Assembly: GCA_964447605.1 (NCBI GenBank)
Contig: CAYUTA010000006.1
Coordinates: 6,118 to 70,117, forward strand
Length of the DNA stretch: 64,000 bases
Source: an uncultured Oscillospiraceae bacterium
Lineage (GTDB): Bacteria; Bacillota; Clostridia; Christensenellales; CAG-138
Reading direction: 5' to 3'
Part shown: piece by piece, positions 52,151 to 61,067 of the stretch
Layout: each line of letters begins with the position of its first letter
Position numbering within the stretch: position 1 is the first letter of the stretch
The notes under the pieces: generated by a model
What the model saw: only the letters and a program-made list of their open reading frames with translations
The model's database searches: none
What the model was told of the DNA's origin: nothing
Translations under genes and position numbers: made by a program

Positions 52151-54715
52151 ATGAAACGAACGATTCGCCTGCTGATCATCTGCCTGCTGCTATTATTCAT
52201 ACCGCTTTCCTCATTTTCCAGGGCGGAAACAGGCCTGGGCTTAGTGCCCGCCGAACAGACGGATACGATTACGTCAAGCTGTACGCTTACGCTGCCCGAA
52301 GGGCTTGCCGAAAAGGCCTACCGCATTACGGACAGCCTTGTGGAAACCTATCTGATCATGCCGGGCGGCGGCGAATTCACGGCGGAGTTCCCCGAGGCGG
52401 CGCAGGGGGTCTATCTCGAATGGTACGACCTGCCGGAGGGGTATGTGTTCGAGCAGCTCGACGCTTCGGGCAATGTCATTTCCACCGATGAAATGCAGCC
52501 CTATTTCAACTGCTATTATCCCCTGAATGAAAGTACGCGTAAGATTCGCGTTGCGTTCGACAGGGAGGTCGCTCTCTCCGGCGTGTGGATTTATGCCGCG
52601 TCGGCGGAGCTGCCGCAGACGGTGCAGCAATGGCGGTCCGCGCCGGAAACGGCGGACGTCATGATCATCTCCGCAACGGCGGAAACGCTTTTGAGCGAGT
52701 TTTGCACGGTGATTGCGGACTATACCATCGCCCATGAGATCCCGACGTCCATCGTTATCATGGCCGACGGCACGCGTACCGCCGAAAGCGAATGCCTGGC
52801 GTGGCTTTGGGATATCGGCGTCCGCACACATCCGCGTTTTGGCGGCTTCCAGTCCGATAACAACGAGATTTATAAGATGACCGCGGCCATGTGGCGCAAA
52901 AATACCACGTCAAAATTTATCAACGCTGCGGTGGAAGCCTGCGCGCCCAAGGTGTTGGTCTCCCATATCGATAACGAGTCCGCCCCGCTGGGCGCCGCGC
53001 AATTCACCGCCGAATATGTGCGCAAGGCCGCGGAAAAGTACGACGTTCCCAAGCTTTACATGGCGTCGCCGGCGGGCTCGACCGTATTGCCCACCGATGA
53101 GCCGATCATTGCCGCCGGCGGGCTGAGCGCGGCGGATGTGGCAAAAAGGGCGTACGCCATCTGCGTGTCGCAGCACCAGTTCCAGAGCGAAGTTTCTCCA
53201 AACGCTTCGTTTGCGCTGGCGGAAACCCTGGTTGGCGAGGATGCCGCAAACAATAACTTTCTGGAAAACATCGATCTGAGCATCCTCAGCAACTACGTAG
53301 ACCCAACGCCTACGCCGGAGCCCACTGCGGAACCCACGCCGAAACCCACGCCGAAACCCACCGCCGCTGTGCAGCAAACGCCCGAAATGCAGGCGGACGG
53401 TAAACAGAAGTTTTCGCTGCCGCTCGCGGCGCTGTTCCGTCTTATTCCCATACTGGGCGGCGGGATTGTGCTGACCATTCTGGTGTTGCTGTTTACCTAT
53501 GACGCGATCCTGAAAAAATACCGCAAACGCCGCCGCAGGCGCAGGGGGAAGCGCGTCGCGCTGTGGGTTGGGCTTGCGCCGTTGCTCGTTTCTCTCGTGG
53601 TCTCGGGTGTGATCTGCCTTCTCAACCTGGAAAAAACGGAGGCGCCCGTGCCGGTGGGCGGCGGGATGCCCGTACAGGAGACGCCCGCTCCGGAGGAGCC
53701 TCAGCCCGCGGAATCGCCCGATTCCAGCGCGGAGGCTGCCGAAACGGCCGATGATGCAGCCGGGGACGCCGCTGTAGAGCCGGAATTGGGGACCGTCGCG
53801 CCCGCAGCGGCCGGAGCCCAAAGCGCCGGCCTGGTCGGCGGCGGCGAAGCGGAGCAATATTTCCGCCGCGCAGACGACCCTGAAGAGTATATTTTGGTGG
53901 ATACGGAAAACGGGCACTGGGAATACCGTACCGACGAGCTGTCTGTTCTCATCGACCGGCATGAAGCGGAAGGGCCCGTGGTCTATTTTGTGGCGCACAT
54001 CCGCATGCGCAACCTCGACACGTTCCGCACGGCGCAGTATGCCGCCAAACGCGATGGCGAGGGGCTTGGCAAGCCTTGGATCATTTCCCGCCGCAATAAG
54101 GCGGTGCTGCTGATTACCGGCGACAATCTGGTGCATATGGACACGGAATACAAGGGTATTCTCATTCGCGACGGCAAGGTATTTCAGGATGATTACAGCC
54201 ATGCAACGGACACGATGGCCATGTATCCCGACCTGTCGATGCGCATCTTCACGCGCCGTACCACCACCGCCGACGAGCTGCTGCAGGATGGCGTGCGGCA
54301 GGCGTTCAGTTTCGGGCCGACGCTCATTCGCGACGGCTCAGTCTGCGAAAATCTCGACGTAGGCCGCCTGAAGACCATCAACCCCCGCACCGGCATCGGC
54401 ATGGTGGAACCCGGGCATTTCGTCGCAATCATAGTCGACGGCAGGCAGTCGGATTACAGCATCGGCATGCTGTTAAGCGAATTTGCCCAGCTGTTTGCCG
54501 CGGAAGGCTGCAGGCAGGCATATAATCTTGACGGCGGCGTTTCAACCTGCATGGTGTTTATGGGCGAGCAGCTCAATCATCATGGCAAGCGCAAAAAGAA
54601 CAATCAGGCGGACGATACCTACCAGCGCCGCATTCCGGACGCATTGATCTGGGGCTATTCCGAACAGGTGCCGGCAGAGGACGACCCGATCTACAATACC
54701 GGCGAACTCAACTGA
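52151..54715 (+). CDS. two-domain envelope protein: N-terminal unknown domain, PT-rich linker, central TM hairpin, C-terminal DUF2233 phosphodiester glycosidase
   Basis: Signal peptide MKRTIRLLIICLLLLFIPLSSFS. PT linker PTPTPEPTAEPTPKPTPKPT. TM1, then KKYRKRRRRRRGKR, then TM2. The C-terminal INPRTGIGMVEPGHFVAIIVDGRQ..YNLDGGVSTCMVF parallels the protein encoded at 1798..2937. Confidence 0.8.
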   Translation: MKRTIRLLIICLLLLFIPLSSFSRAETGLGLVPAEQTDTITSSCTLTLPEGLAEKAYRITDSLVETYLIMPGGGEFTAEFPEAAQGVYLEWYDLPEGYVFEQLDASGNVISTDEMQPYFNCYYPLNESTRKIRVAFDREVALSGVWIYAASAELPQTVQQWRSAPETADVMIISATAETLLSEFCTVIADYTIAHEIPTSIVIMADGTRTAESECLAWLWDIGVRTHPRFGGFQSDNNEIYKMTAAMWRKNTTSKFINAAVEACAPKVLVSHIDNESAPLGAAQFTAEYVRKAAEKYDVPKLYMASPAGSTVLPTDEPIIAAGGLSAADVAKRAYAICVSQHQFQSEVSPNASFALAETLVGEDAANNNFLENIDLSILSNYVDPTPTPEPTAEPTPKPTPKPTAAVQQTPEMQADGKQKFSLPLAALFRLIPILGGGIVLTILVLLFTYDAILKKYRKRRRRRRGKRVALWVGLAPLLVSLVVSGVICLLNLEKTEAPVPVGGGMPVQETPAPEEPQPAESPDSSAEAAETADDAAGDAAVEPELGTVAPAAAGAQSAGLVGGGEAEQYFRRADDPEEYILVDTENGHWEYRTDELSVLIDRHEAEGPVVYFVAHIRMRNLDTFRTAQYAAKRDGEGLGKPWIISRRNKAVLLITGDNLVHMDTEYKGILIRDGKVFQDDYSHATDTMAMYPDLSMRIFTRRTTTADELLQDGVRQAFSFGPTLIRDGSVCENLDVGRLKTINPRTGIGMVEPGHFVAIIVDGRQSDYSIGMLLSEFAQLFAAEGCRQAYNLDGGVSTCMVFMGEQLNHHGKRKKNNQADDTYQRRIPDALIWGYSEQVPAEDDPIYNTGELN

Positions 54716-54847
54716 TCTCCGGTTGCGGTACGGCCGTGTTTTCTCCGCTTGTACAGGGCCGTGCGTACCGTCGGGCGCACATTGTTTAATTCCGCCAAAC
54801 GGGCCTGCTGCACGCCGCTTGTATAAACCGCAAAGGGCCACGATGGC

Positions 54848-54897
54848 GGGGCTGTCCGGAATCGAACGACAAAACCGGGCAGCCCCATTTTGTGTGT
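54848..54897 (+). terminator. intrinsic terminator downstream of the 854-aa gene
   Basis: GGGGCTGTCCGG-aatcgaacgacaaaa-CCGGGCAGCCCC followed by ATTTTGTGTGT. This is a 12-bp stem with one G-U pair. Confidence 0.6.
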
Positions 54898-55051
54898 CAA
54901 AATGCGCTGAGTCTCTTGCTTCAGGCGGCGGCAAGCCCGGCCGACCGTCGGCGTTGCGCCTGCTTCCCCGGCCTTGCTTTTGTAACCATGCGCTGACTGA
55001 TTTTTTTCTCCGGAAATTGTTATACTAGTTGAAAAAAGAGGAGAACCGATT

Positions 55052-55264
55052 ATGAAAATCAGCGCCAGAAACCAATTGAAGGGAACCATCATCGATATTC
55101 AGGAAGGTGCGGTCAACGGGATTGTCAAAATCGACATTGGCGGCGGCAATGTCATGCGCGCCACCATCTCCATCAGCGCCATCAGAGAACTGGGGCTTGC
55201 GGTCGATAAGCCGGCCTATGCCGTTGTAAAAGCGACCTCCGTTATGGTGGGCATTGACGAATAG
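55052..55264 (+). CDS. mop: molybdopterin/molybdate-binding protein Mop (TOBE domain)
   Basis: 70 aa. MKISARNQLKGTIIDIQEGAVNGIVKIDIGGGNVMRATISISAIRELGL..VVKATSVMVG is the classic Mop/TOBE pattern. GAGGAG RBS. Confidence 0.88.
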   Translation: MKISARNQLKGTIIDIQEGAVNGIVKIDIGGGNVMRATISISAIRELGLAVDKPAYAVVKATSVMVGIDE

Positions 55265-55703
55265 GACCGTTCCCGCACGCCAAAATGGCCCGGGCCGCCG
55301 GATCGCGCCTAACCCTTTCGACAGGATCGCTGCAACTGGTTATTATGCGGTTTCAAGTATCGGGTAATCGCATTGTTTGCCGGGCCATGCCGTCCGTGAG
55401 GGGTCGCTACAGCGGGATTGTCCCGTCAATCCCCCACAAACAGCGCAGAGGCGTCCACGGAGTCCGCCAAAAACGGCGGCATGCAATTCAAGGTATCCTG
55501 AAATCTCGCTGTATAAAAACACCCATTCGCAAAAACGGGAACAGTCGCGTACGAGATCTGACGGCCGCCCTGCCGCTCAAAGGCCGATCAATCGCCCTGA
55601 TTCTTTGTTCGTTGGGGCGACCAGAGCCACTTTCTTACCAGAGATTCACATCGCCGTATACATGCGAATAAACACTTTCCGCATCGTTCCCATATTGTGT
55701 ACT

Positions 55704-55862
55704 ATGAATATTTTGTATTTGGCATCCGCAATAGCGGAGACAATTTCATGCGATATGACGGATGATGAACTGGCAATTGCTTCCGCGCTGGTCACGTCCA
55801 TTGGCGATCAGCTTGCGCTCATCGCGGCCTGCCGCGCGACTTCTCCAGCCGCGGAAAATTGA
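55704..55862 (+). CDS. possible small protein (52 aa)
   Basis: MNILYLASAIAETISCDMTDDELAIASALVTSIGDQLALIAACRA resembles small Firmicute proteins with a ..DELA..A..T.LGD.LA.IA..R pattern. No clear RBS is present. Confidence 0.3.
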   Translation: MNILYLASAIAETISCDMTDDELAIASALVTSIGDQLALIAACRATSPAAEN

Positions 55863-56107
55863 TTTCCGCTGTTTTGGGATTGCGCGCTCGTCCGCGTTTC
55901 ATCGGCGCGCTTCCTTTTGCCTGAATGGCGATGCCTGGAAAAATATATTCTCCGGTTGGCTGCCCTTCGATTACTCTAAAAAATACCGTGGTTCCTCTAT
56001 TTTGAAACAATTGTTCCATATAACGGACACTTTAGGCCAAAATGCTGGCATTGCCTCTTTTGACAATTTTTCTTATTGTCGTAATATGAAGAGGAGGGTT
56101 ATTGTTC

Positions 56108-56470
56108 ATGTCGCTCAAAACAAATCTTTCTATGAATCTCAAGCGCCTCAGGGCTTTTCACAAACAGTCCCTTTCGGAATTCTCCGTTTCCGCCGGTATC
56201 GGCAAGTCGTCGCTTCAAAGTCTTGAAAAGGGCAAGGGCAATCCCCGCCTCGATACGATCTCCACCATGGAGACAAGCCTTCATCTTAAGGAAGGCGCCC
56301 TGCTTTCCTCCCCGCCGGATACGCCGCTTCCGCCCCTCGACGCGTCCCACGTGCTGCTTTCCTGCGTCCCGGCGCTTCGCGATCTTCCGCCCGAAAGGCG
56401 TCCTGAAGCCTATCTCCTGCTTGACGGGGTTGCCAAACTCTTTGATAAGGAGCCGGGTCAGCAGCAATGA
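56108..56470 (+). CDS. XRE-family HTH transcriptional regulator
   Basis: ATG 56108 after GAGGAGGG. The HTH block is LKRLRAFHKQSLSEFSVSAGIGKSSLQSLEKGKGNPRLDTI. Confidence 0.8.
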   Translation: MSLKTNLSMNLKRLRAFHKQSLSEFSVSAGIGKSSLQSLEKGKGNPRLDTISTMETSLHLKEGALLSSPPDTPLPPLDASHVLLSCVPALRDLPPERRPEAYLLLDGVAKLFDKEPGQQQ

Positions 56471-56796
56471 ACGATCAGATTACGCAGTTACTGTTTAACG
56501 TCGGCTTCTGCGCCGCATATACCGGCTTTCCCTATCTCTCGTATGCCATCGCGCTCGCAGCGTCCGACGAGACATGCCTGCGCAGACTTACAAAGCGCCT
56601 CTATCCGGAGGTGGCCCAACATTTCGGCGTTTCCGTTTCGGCCGCCGAACAGGCCATGCGCTTTCTGCTGCGCTGCTTTTGGGACAGCGGAAACGTTCCG
56701 TTGCTCGAACAGCGCATCTGCTATCCTTTTAATTTCCGGCCATATACCGGCGAGTTCATCGGCATTCTCGCCGTCTATTTTCGCACCCTGGCATGA
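56467..56796 (+). CDS. stand-alone Spo0A C-terminal (DNA-binding) domain protein
   Basis: FCAAYTGFPYLSYAIALAASDE..LTKRLYPEVAQHFGVSVSAAEQAMRFLLRCFWDSGN parallels the Spo0A effector domain pattern (..KGY.YL..AI....ITK.LYP.IA......VER.IR..I...W..GN). No receiver domain is present. The start forms an ATGA overlap with the XRE gene. Confidence 0.75.
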   Translation: MNDQITQLLFNVGFCAAYTGFPYLSYAIALAASDETCLRRLTKRLYPEVAQHFGVSVSAAEQAMRFLLRCFWDSGNVPLLEQRICYPFNFRPYTGEFIGILAVYFRTLA

Positions 56797-57135
56797 GATC
56801 GCCTTGCTCATAGGCGTCCGCTTTGCGCGCCCGGCGGTTCCACGGCCGGGGCCGTTCCTGTTTTCTCATGCCCGTACACACGGTTTGCGCAGAAACGAAC
56901 CGGCCGGCAATGTTTTGCAAAACGGTTTTGGAGGAATGCGTCCCCCATCCCCGGCCATGCCGGCAAATCCGGTACGCCGCGCGGCCCGGCATCTGAACGA
57001 CCCCGGCGAAGGTAAACTGCAGCCGCTTTGTAAAAGGCGGTTCCGTCCTGCGCGCCCGGCGCTACGCCGACTGATGATGACACAGCGATCCGCCAAAATG
57101 GGCTGTATTCGGCGGTCCGGATTACATGGTTCAGG

Positions 57136-57612
57136 CTATGGCCGCCCGATGCGCAGCCCAGCCTGCTCGATGGCGTTGACGATGGGAATGTAGCCCGTGC
57201 AGCGGCACAGGTTGCCCGCGACCGCCCGGCGGATTTCCTCGCGCGTGGGATGCGGGTTTTTGAGCAAAAGGGCATATGCGCTCATAATAAAGCCCGGCGT
57301 GCAGAAGCCGCACTGCACCGCGTCGCCTTCCACAAAACAGTCCTGCAAAATATGCCCGATCTGCGTCTGGCTCATGCCTTCGATGGTCATGATATCCGCG
57401 CCCTGCATCTGGCCCGCGATGACCAGACAGCTCGTCACGGCCTCGCCGTTGATGACGACCGTGCACGCGCCGCACTCGCCAACGCCGCAGCCCTCCTTGG
57501 TTCCGGTCAGGCCAAGGTCATTGCGCAGCACGTCGACCATGCGCTTGTTCGGTTCGGTCAATACGGCGCAGGGCTTTCCGTTAAGCGTAAACGAGAGTTC
57601 GATCTTACGCAT
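57136..57612 (-). CDS. XDH-family [2Fe-2S]-binding small subunit (set 2)
   Basis: ATG 57612, 6 nt after GGAGGTG. Motifs: CGVGECGACTV, CGFCTPGF and CRCTGY. Confidence 0.88.
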   Translation of the reverse strand: MRKIELSFTLNGKPCAVLTEPNKRMVDVLRNDLGLTGTKEGCGVGECGACTVVINGEAVTSCLVIAGQMQGADIMTIEGMSQTQIGHILQDCFVEGDAVQCGFCTPGFIMSAYALLLKNPHPTREEIRRAVAGNLCRCTGYIPIVNAIEQAGLRIGRP

Positions 57613-58477
57613 GGACGACACCTCCCAGCAGATTGGTTAAAATACGCTCGCACAGCCGCCTGCAGACGGGCTGCTTATAGGTCGTCGAAGGCCGGATCCC
57701 GGCGATCTCGGGGATTTTATCGGACAGCTTTTCGGCAACCAGCGCAATATCCGCCCGTTCCGGCTTCCTGCCGAGCAGCAGCGCGTTAACGTCCGGGAAA
57801 ACCAGCGGCTTGGGGAACGTCGCCCCCATCGTCATGACAAACCGCGTGACCACGCCGCGCTCGTCGGTTGCAAGCACAGTGGCGATGGTCATGCGCGAAA
57901 TTGAGAGCGCCTTACGCCTCCCGATCTTGGTAAAATCGGTCGTTACCCGTTCCGGCAGCTTGTTAAAGACGATCTGCGTGAGAATGTCCCGGTCGGAAAG
58001 CGTCGTGCGGTAGGGCCTCTCGATGAGTTCCTCCAGCGTCAGCACGCGTTCTTCGCCAAGCCGGTTGACGACGACCCGCGCGCCGAGCACGGCCAACGCG
58101 GCCAGCGAGTCCGCCGCGGGGGAGGCGTTGGCAAGATTGCCGCCGATGGTCGCATGGTTGCGGATTTGCAGCGATCCGACGGTCTCGCACGCGTCGGAAA
58201 GCACCGGCGCATACCGCCTGACAAGCGGGGATTGCGCAATCTGCGCATGCGTAACACCCGCGCCGATCATAAGCTCGCCGCCGCACTCCCCGATAGAGCA
58301 CAGCTCCGGCAGCCCAAAAATATCGACCACGGTGTGGCCGCTGTAGCGGCCGCCTTCGCGCGCGTTGACCAGCACGTCCGTGCCGCCGGCCAGCAGCAGC
58401 GTTTTTCCCGGCGTATCCCTGAGCGCGTCGATCGCCGCCTGCAGGCTGCCCGCCTTGATATAGTCGAAAAATTCCAT
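57605..58477 (-). CDS. XDH-family FAD-binding subunit (set 2)
   Basis: ORF trimmed to MEFFDYIKAGS (ATG 58477, 1 nt after the upstream stop; GGGGAGGG RBS). Blocks: LLAGGTDVLVNAR and IGGNLANASP. Confidence 0.85.
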   Translation of the reverse strand: MEFFDYIKAGSLQAAIDALRDTPGKTLLLAGGTDVLVNAREGGRYSGHTVVDIFGLPELCSIGECGGELMIGAGVTHAQIAQSPLVRRYAPVLSDACETVGSLQIRNHATIGGNLANASPAADSLAALAVLGARVVVNRLGEERVLTLEELIERPYRTTLSDRDILTQIVFNKLPERVTTDFTKIGRRKALSISRMTIATVLATDERGVVTRFVMTMGATFPKPLVFPDVNALLLGRKPERADIALVAEKLSDKIPEIAGIRPSTTYKQPVCRRLCERILTNLLGGVVHA

Positions 58478-58478
58478 C

Positions 58479-60785
58479 TTAGCGTCCCTCCCCGGTTGCG
58501 TTGGCCGCATGGAACACGCGGTCGAGATCGGCTGGAAGCTCCCGGATCAACCCGGCCTTTCCCAGCGCGTGGTTGACCGCGCAGAGGAGCGCCGCCGCGC
58601 CCGGCTCCGTAGCGGGCTCGCCCATCGAGCGGCCGCCAAACGCGGAGCGCGGGTCGGGATGCTCGTCAAGGATGGGCAGGTTGTCGTCCGGCACGTCCAG
58701 CGCGGTTGGCACAAGATAATTTTCAAAATTGAGGTTTTTGAGCGCGGACGTCTTCGTGTTGTGACCGAGGTCCTCGATCAGACCCATGCCCTGCGCCATT
58801 GCCAGGCCGCCGTAAATCTGCCCCTTGACCATCGTGGGATTCATTGCGCGGCCCATATCGTGGCAGCCGACCATGCGGATGACCGTAACCGCGCCGGTAT
58901 CGAGATCAACCTCGACCTCCGCGGCGTGGCACGAATAGGTATAGGTGTAAAACGGCTCGCCAAAGTTTCCGTCCCAGTCGAGCGCAGGGACTACGTAGGT
59001 TCCCGTTGCCATTGGCGTAAGGTTGGCCTTGAAACAGGCGCGGACCGCTTCGTCAAACGAGATATCCCCATCGGTAAACCGCACCCGGTCGTTTTCAAAA
59101 ACGATGTCGTCTACGGGCTTGCCGCAGGCCCTGCGCACGCCTTCGGCAAGAATCCCCTGCACGCGCTTGCACGCGTCCCGAATGGCGCCGCCGCCAAGCA
59201 GCGTCCCGCGCGAGGCGATGCATGCGCCCGTCATGGGGGAGCGCGAGGTGTCCGTCTCGCCGAGCGTGATGCGTGAGAACCGCACGCCCATCCCTTCTGC
59301 GGCCATCATGGCCTGGCAGGTGCGCAGGCCCTGTCCAAGCTCGGTCAGGCCGATATTGACATGTACGCTGCCGTCTTCCAGCACCTCGACAACCGCGCGG
59401 CTGACGTCATGCCCGTTTCCGTCGGCGCCGATGCTTGCACCGCGCATGCTGCACGCAATGCCAACGCCGCGACGAATTCTGCGGCCATCCCGGTTTTCCT
59501 CGCTGTACTGCGCCCACTTGCGGTCAAAGTCCAGCTCCGCGGCCGCCTTCTCCATCACGGAACGGATGCTGACCTCATGGAAGTCAAGCTTATGTCCGCA
59601 TGGGCTGACGTCGCCCGTTTCCAGCAGATTTTTGCGGCGCAGCTGCGCAGGCGACACGTTCAGCCTTTCGGCCATTTCGTCCATCGCGCTTTCAAGCGCA
59701 AAAATCGCCTGCGGCGTACCGAAGCCGCGCATCGAGCCGGTATGGACGTTGTTGGTCAGCACGCTGGTCGCGCTGTAATCCACATGGTCCAGCCGATAGG
59801 GGCCGGGGCCGAGCGTCGCGGCTTTATACATGACCGGCGGCGACATATTGATGTATGCGCCCGCGTCGCTGACCGCGGCGACCTGCAGGGCGGTCAGCGT
59901 CCCGTCCCGCCTTGCCCCCAGCCGCACGTCAAACTCAAACGGATGCCGCTTATAGCTCTCCAGTATCGACTCCTCCCGCGTAAGCGTATACTGCGCGGGC
60001 CGGCCGGTCCTGAGCGCAATCAGCCCCGCGCGCACGGCGAGGGATTCAACGGATTCGATCTTCCCGCCGAACGAGCCGCCGATGACACTGGGCTTGACAA
60101 TCACCTGCGCCATGGGCAAATTGAGCATACGCGCCACCGAAACACGCAGGTTGTAGGGCGCCTGCGAGGAGCCGTAGACCGTCAACTCCGGCCGGATGGG
60201 GCTGGGCGCGACGGTTACGGACTCCGGCTCGATATAGGCGTGCTCGACAAAGCCGGTTTCGTAATGCGATTCCACTATAACGTCGGAGGCGGCAAAGCCT
60301 TCCTCAACCCTGCCTTTTATAACGTGGACGTTGCCGCAGACGTTGTTTGGATAGTCCGGGTTGATGACCTGATCGCTCTGCATTGCCGCCCTTGGCGTGG
60401 CAAGGATGGGCAGTTCTTCATATTCGGCGGTCACAAGCTTTGCCGCCGCGTTTGCCTGCTCCTGCGTTTCGGCTGCTACAACGGCGATGACGTCGCCGAG
60501 AAAGCGTGTTTTGTCGCATACGAGCGCATATTGGTCAACAAAAATTTCACCAAACATCTTTTCGCCCGGGATGTCCTGCCCCGTTATCACGCACGCCACG
60601 CCCGGCGCGCGCTCGGCAGCCGAGGTGTCGACGGACAGAAGCCTGGCGTGCGGATGCTTTGCATGCACGCCCTTACAGTACAACAGGTCCGGCAGGCGGA
60701 TATCCGCGCCGAATACCGCGCGCCCGGTAACTTTTGCGCGCGCATCGATTCGTTCAACCGACGTGCCAACGGTTTGCATGTTCAC
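58479..60785 (-). CDS. XDH-family molybdopterin-binding large subunit (set 2)
   Basis: The start is GTG 60785 (9 nt after GGAGGG) or ATG 60779. Blocks: VGTSVERIDARAKVTGRAVFGAD, GGSFGGK and GGRSMGEP. Confidence 0.88.
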   Translation of the reverse strand: MNMQTVGTSVERIDARAKVTGRAVFGADIRLPDLLYCKGVHAKHPHARLLSVDTSAAERAPGVACVITGQDIPGEKMFGEIFVDQYALVCDKTRFLGDVIAVVAAETQEQANAAAKLVTAEYEELPILATPRAAMQSDQVINPDYPNNVCGNVHVIKGRVEEGFAASDVIVESHYETGFVEHAYIEPESVTVAPSPIRPELTVYGSSQAPYNLRVSVARMLNLPMAQVIVKPSVIGGSFGGKIESVESLAVRAGLIALRTGRPAQYTLTREESILESYKRHPFEFDVRLGARRDGTLTALQVAAVSDAGAYINMSPPVMYKAATLGPGPYRLDHVDYSATSVLTNNVHTGSMRGFGTPQAIFALESAMDEMAERLNVSPAQLRRKNLLETGDVSPCGHKLDFHEVSIRSVMEKAAAELDFDRKWAQYSEENRDGRRIRRGVGIACSMRGASIGADGNGHDVSRAVVEVLEDGSVHVNIGLTELGQGLRTCQAMMAAEGMGVRFSRITLGETDTSRSPMTGACIASRGTLLGGGAIRDACKRVQGILAEGVRRACGKPVDDIVFENDRVRFTDGDISFDEAVRACFKANLTPMATGTYVVPALDWDGNFGEPFYTYTYSCHAAEVEVDLDTGAVTVIRMVGCHDMGRAMNPTMVKGQIYGGLAMAQGMGLIEDLGHNTKTSALKNLNFENYLVPTALDVPDDNLPILDEHPDPRSAFGGRSMGEPATEPGAAALLCAVNHALGKAGLIRELPADLDRVFHAANATGEGR

Positions 60786-61067
60786 TTGCTGCGTCCCTCC
60801 CCGATCAGTTCCTATATCAAAAGACATGTGCGTTTTTACAAATCCATTGTAACTAATTTCATGAAGGTTGTCCATATCAAAAAGCTGGATTCTGAAAAAA
60901 CTTTTTTTGCTTAAATTTTAGTTAAAACATCGATTCCCACTGATGCTTTGCCATCTTGCATTCGGGTGCGCGATGTGCTAGAATACAATTATAAATTTGG
61001 ATTGAAAACAATCATTTTCTTTTTTTCGCGTAACCGATTACAAATACATTTCAGGAGGGAACCACTC

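Noticed and set aside
52910-54202. 430-aa minus-strand ORF inside the 854-aa gene; also 59361..60914 (+), 58509..59276 (+) and 61038..62378 (-)
   Set aside because: They are antisense to motif-supported genes (DUF2233 protein, XDH large subunit, amidohydrolase) and are Arg/His/Gly-rich.
54844-54886. A complete tRNA gene on the minus strand
   Set aside because: Only an acceptor-stem-like pairing and a T-loop-like heptamer are present. There is no room for D and anticodon arms, because the whole element is 43 nt.
54900-55051. Possible Moco riboswitch upstream of mop, and upstream of the XDH operons
   Set aside because: I could not find the conserved GCCUCC...GGAAAGG-type elements that I recall for the Moco motif. 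This would need cmsearch to exclude it formally.
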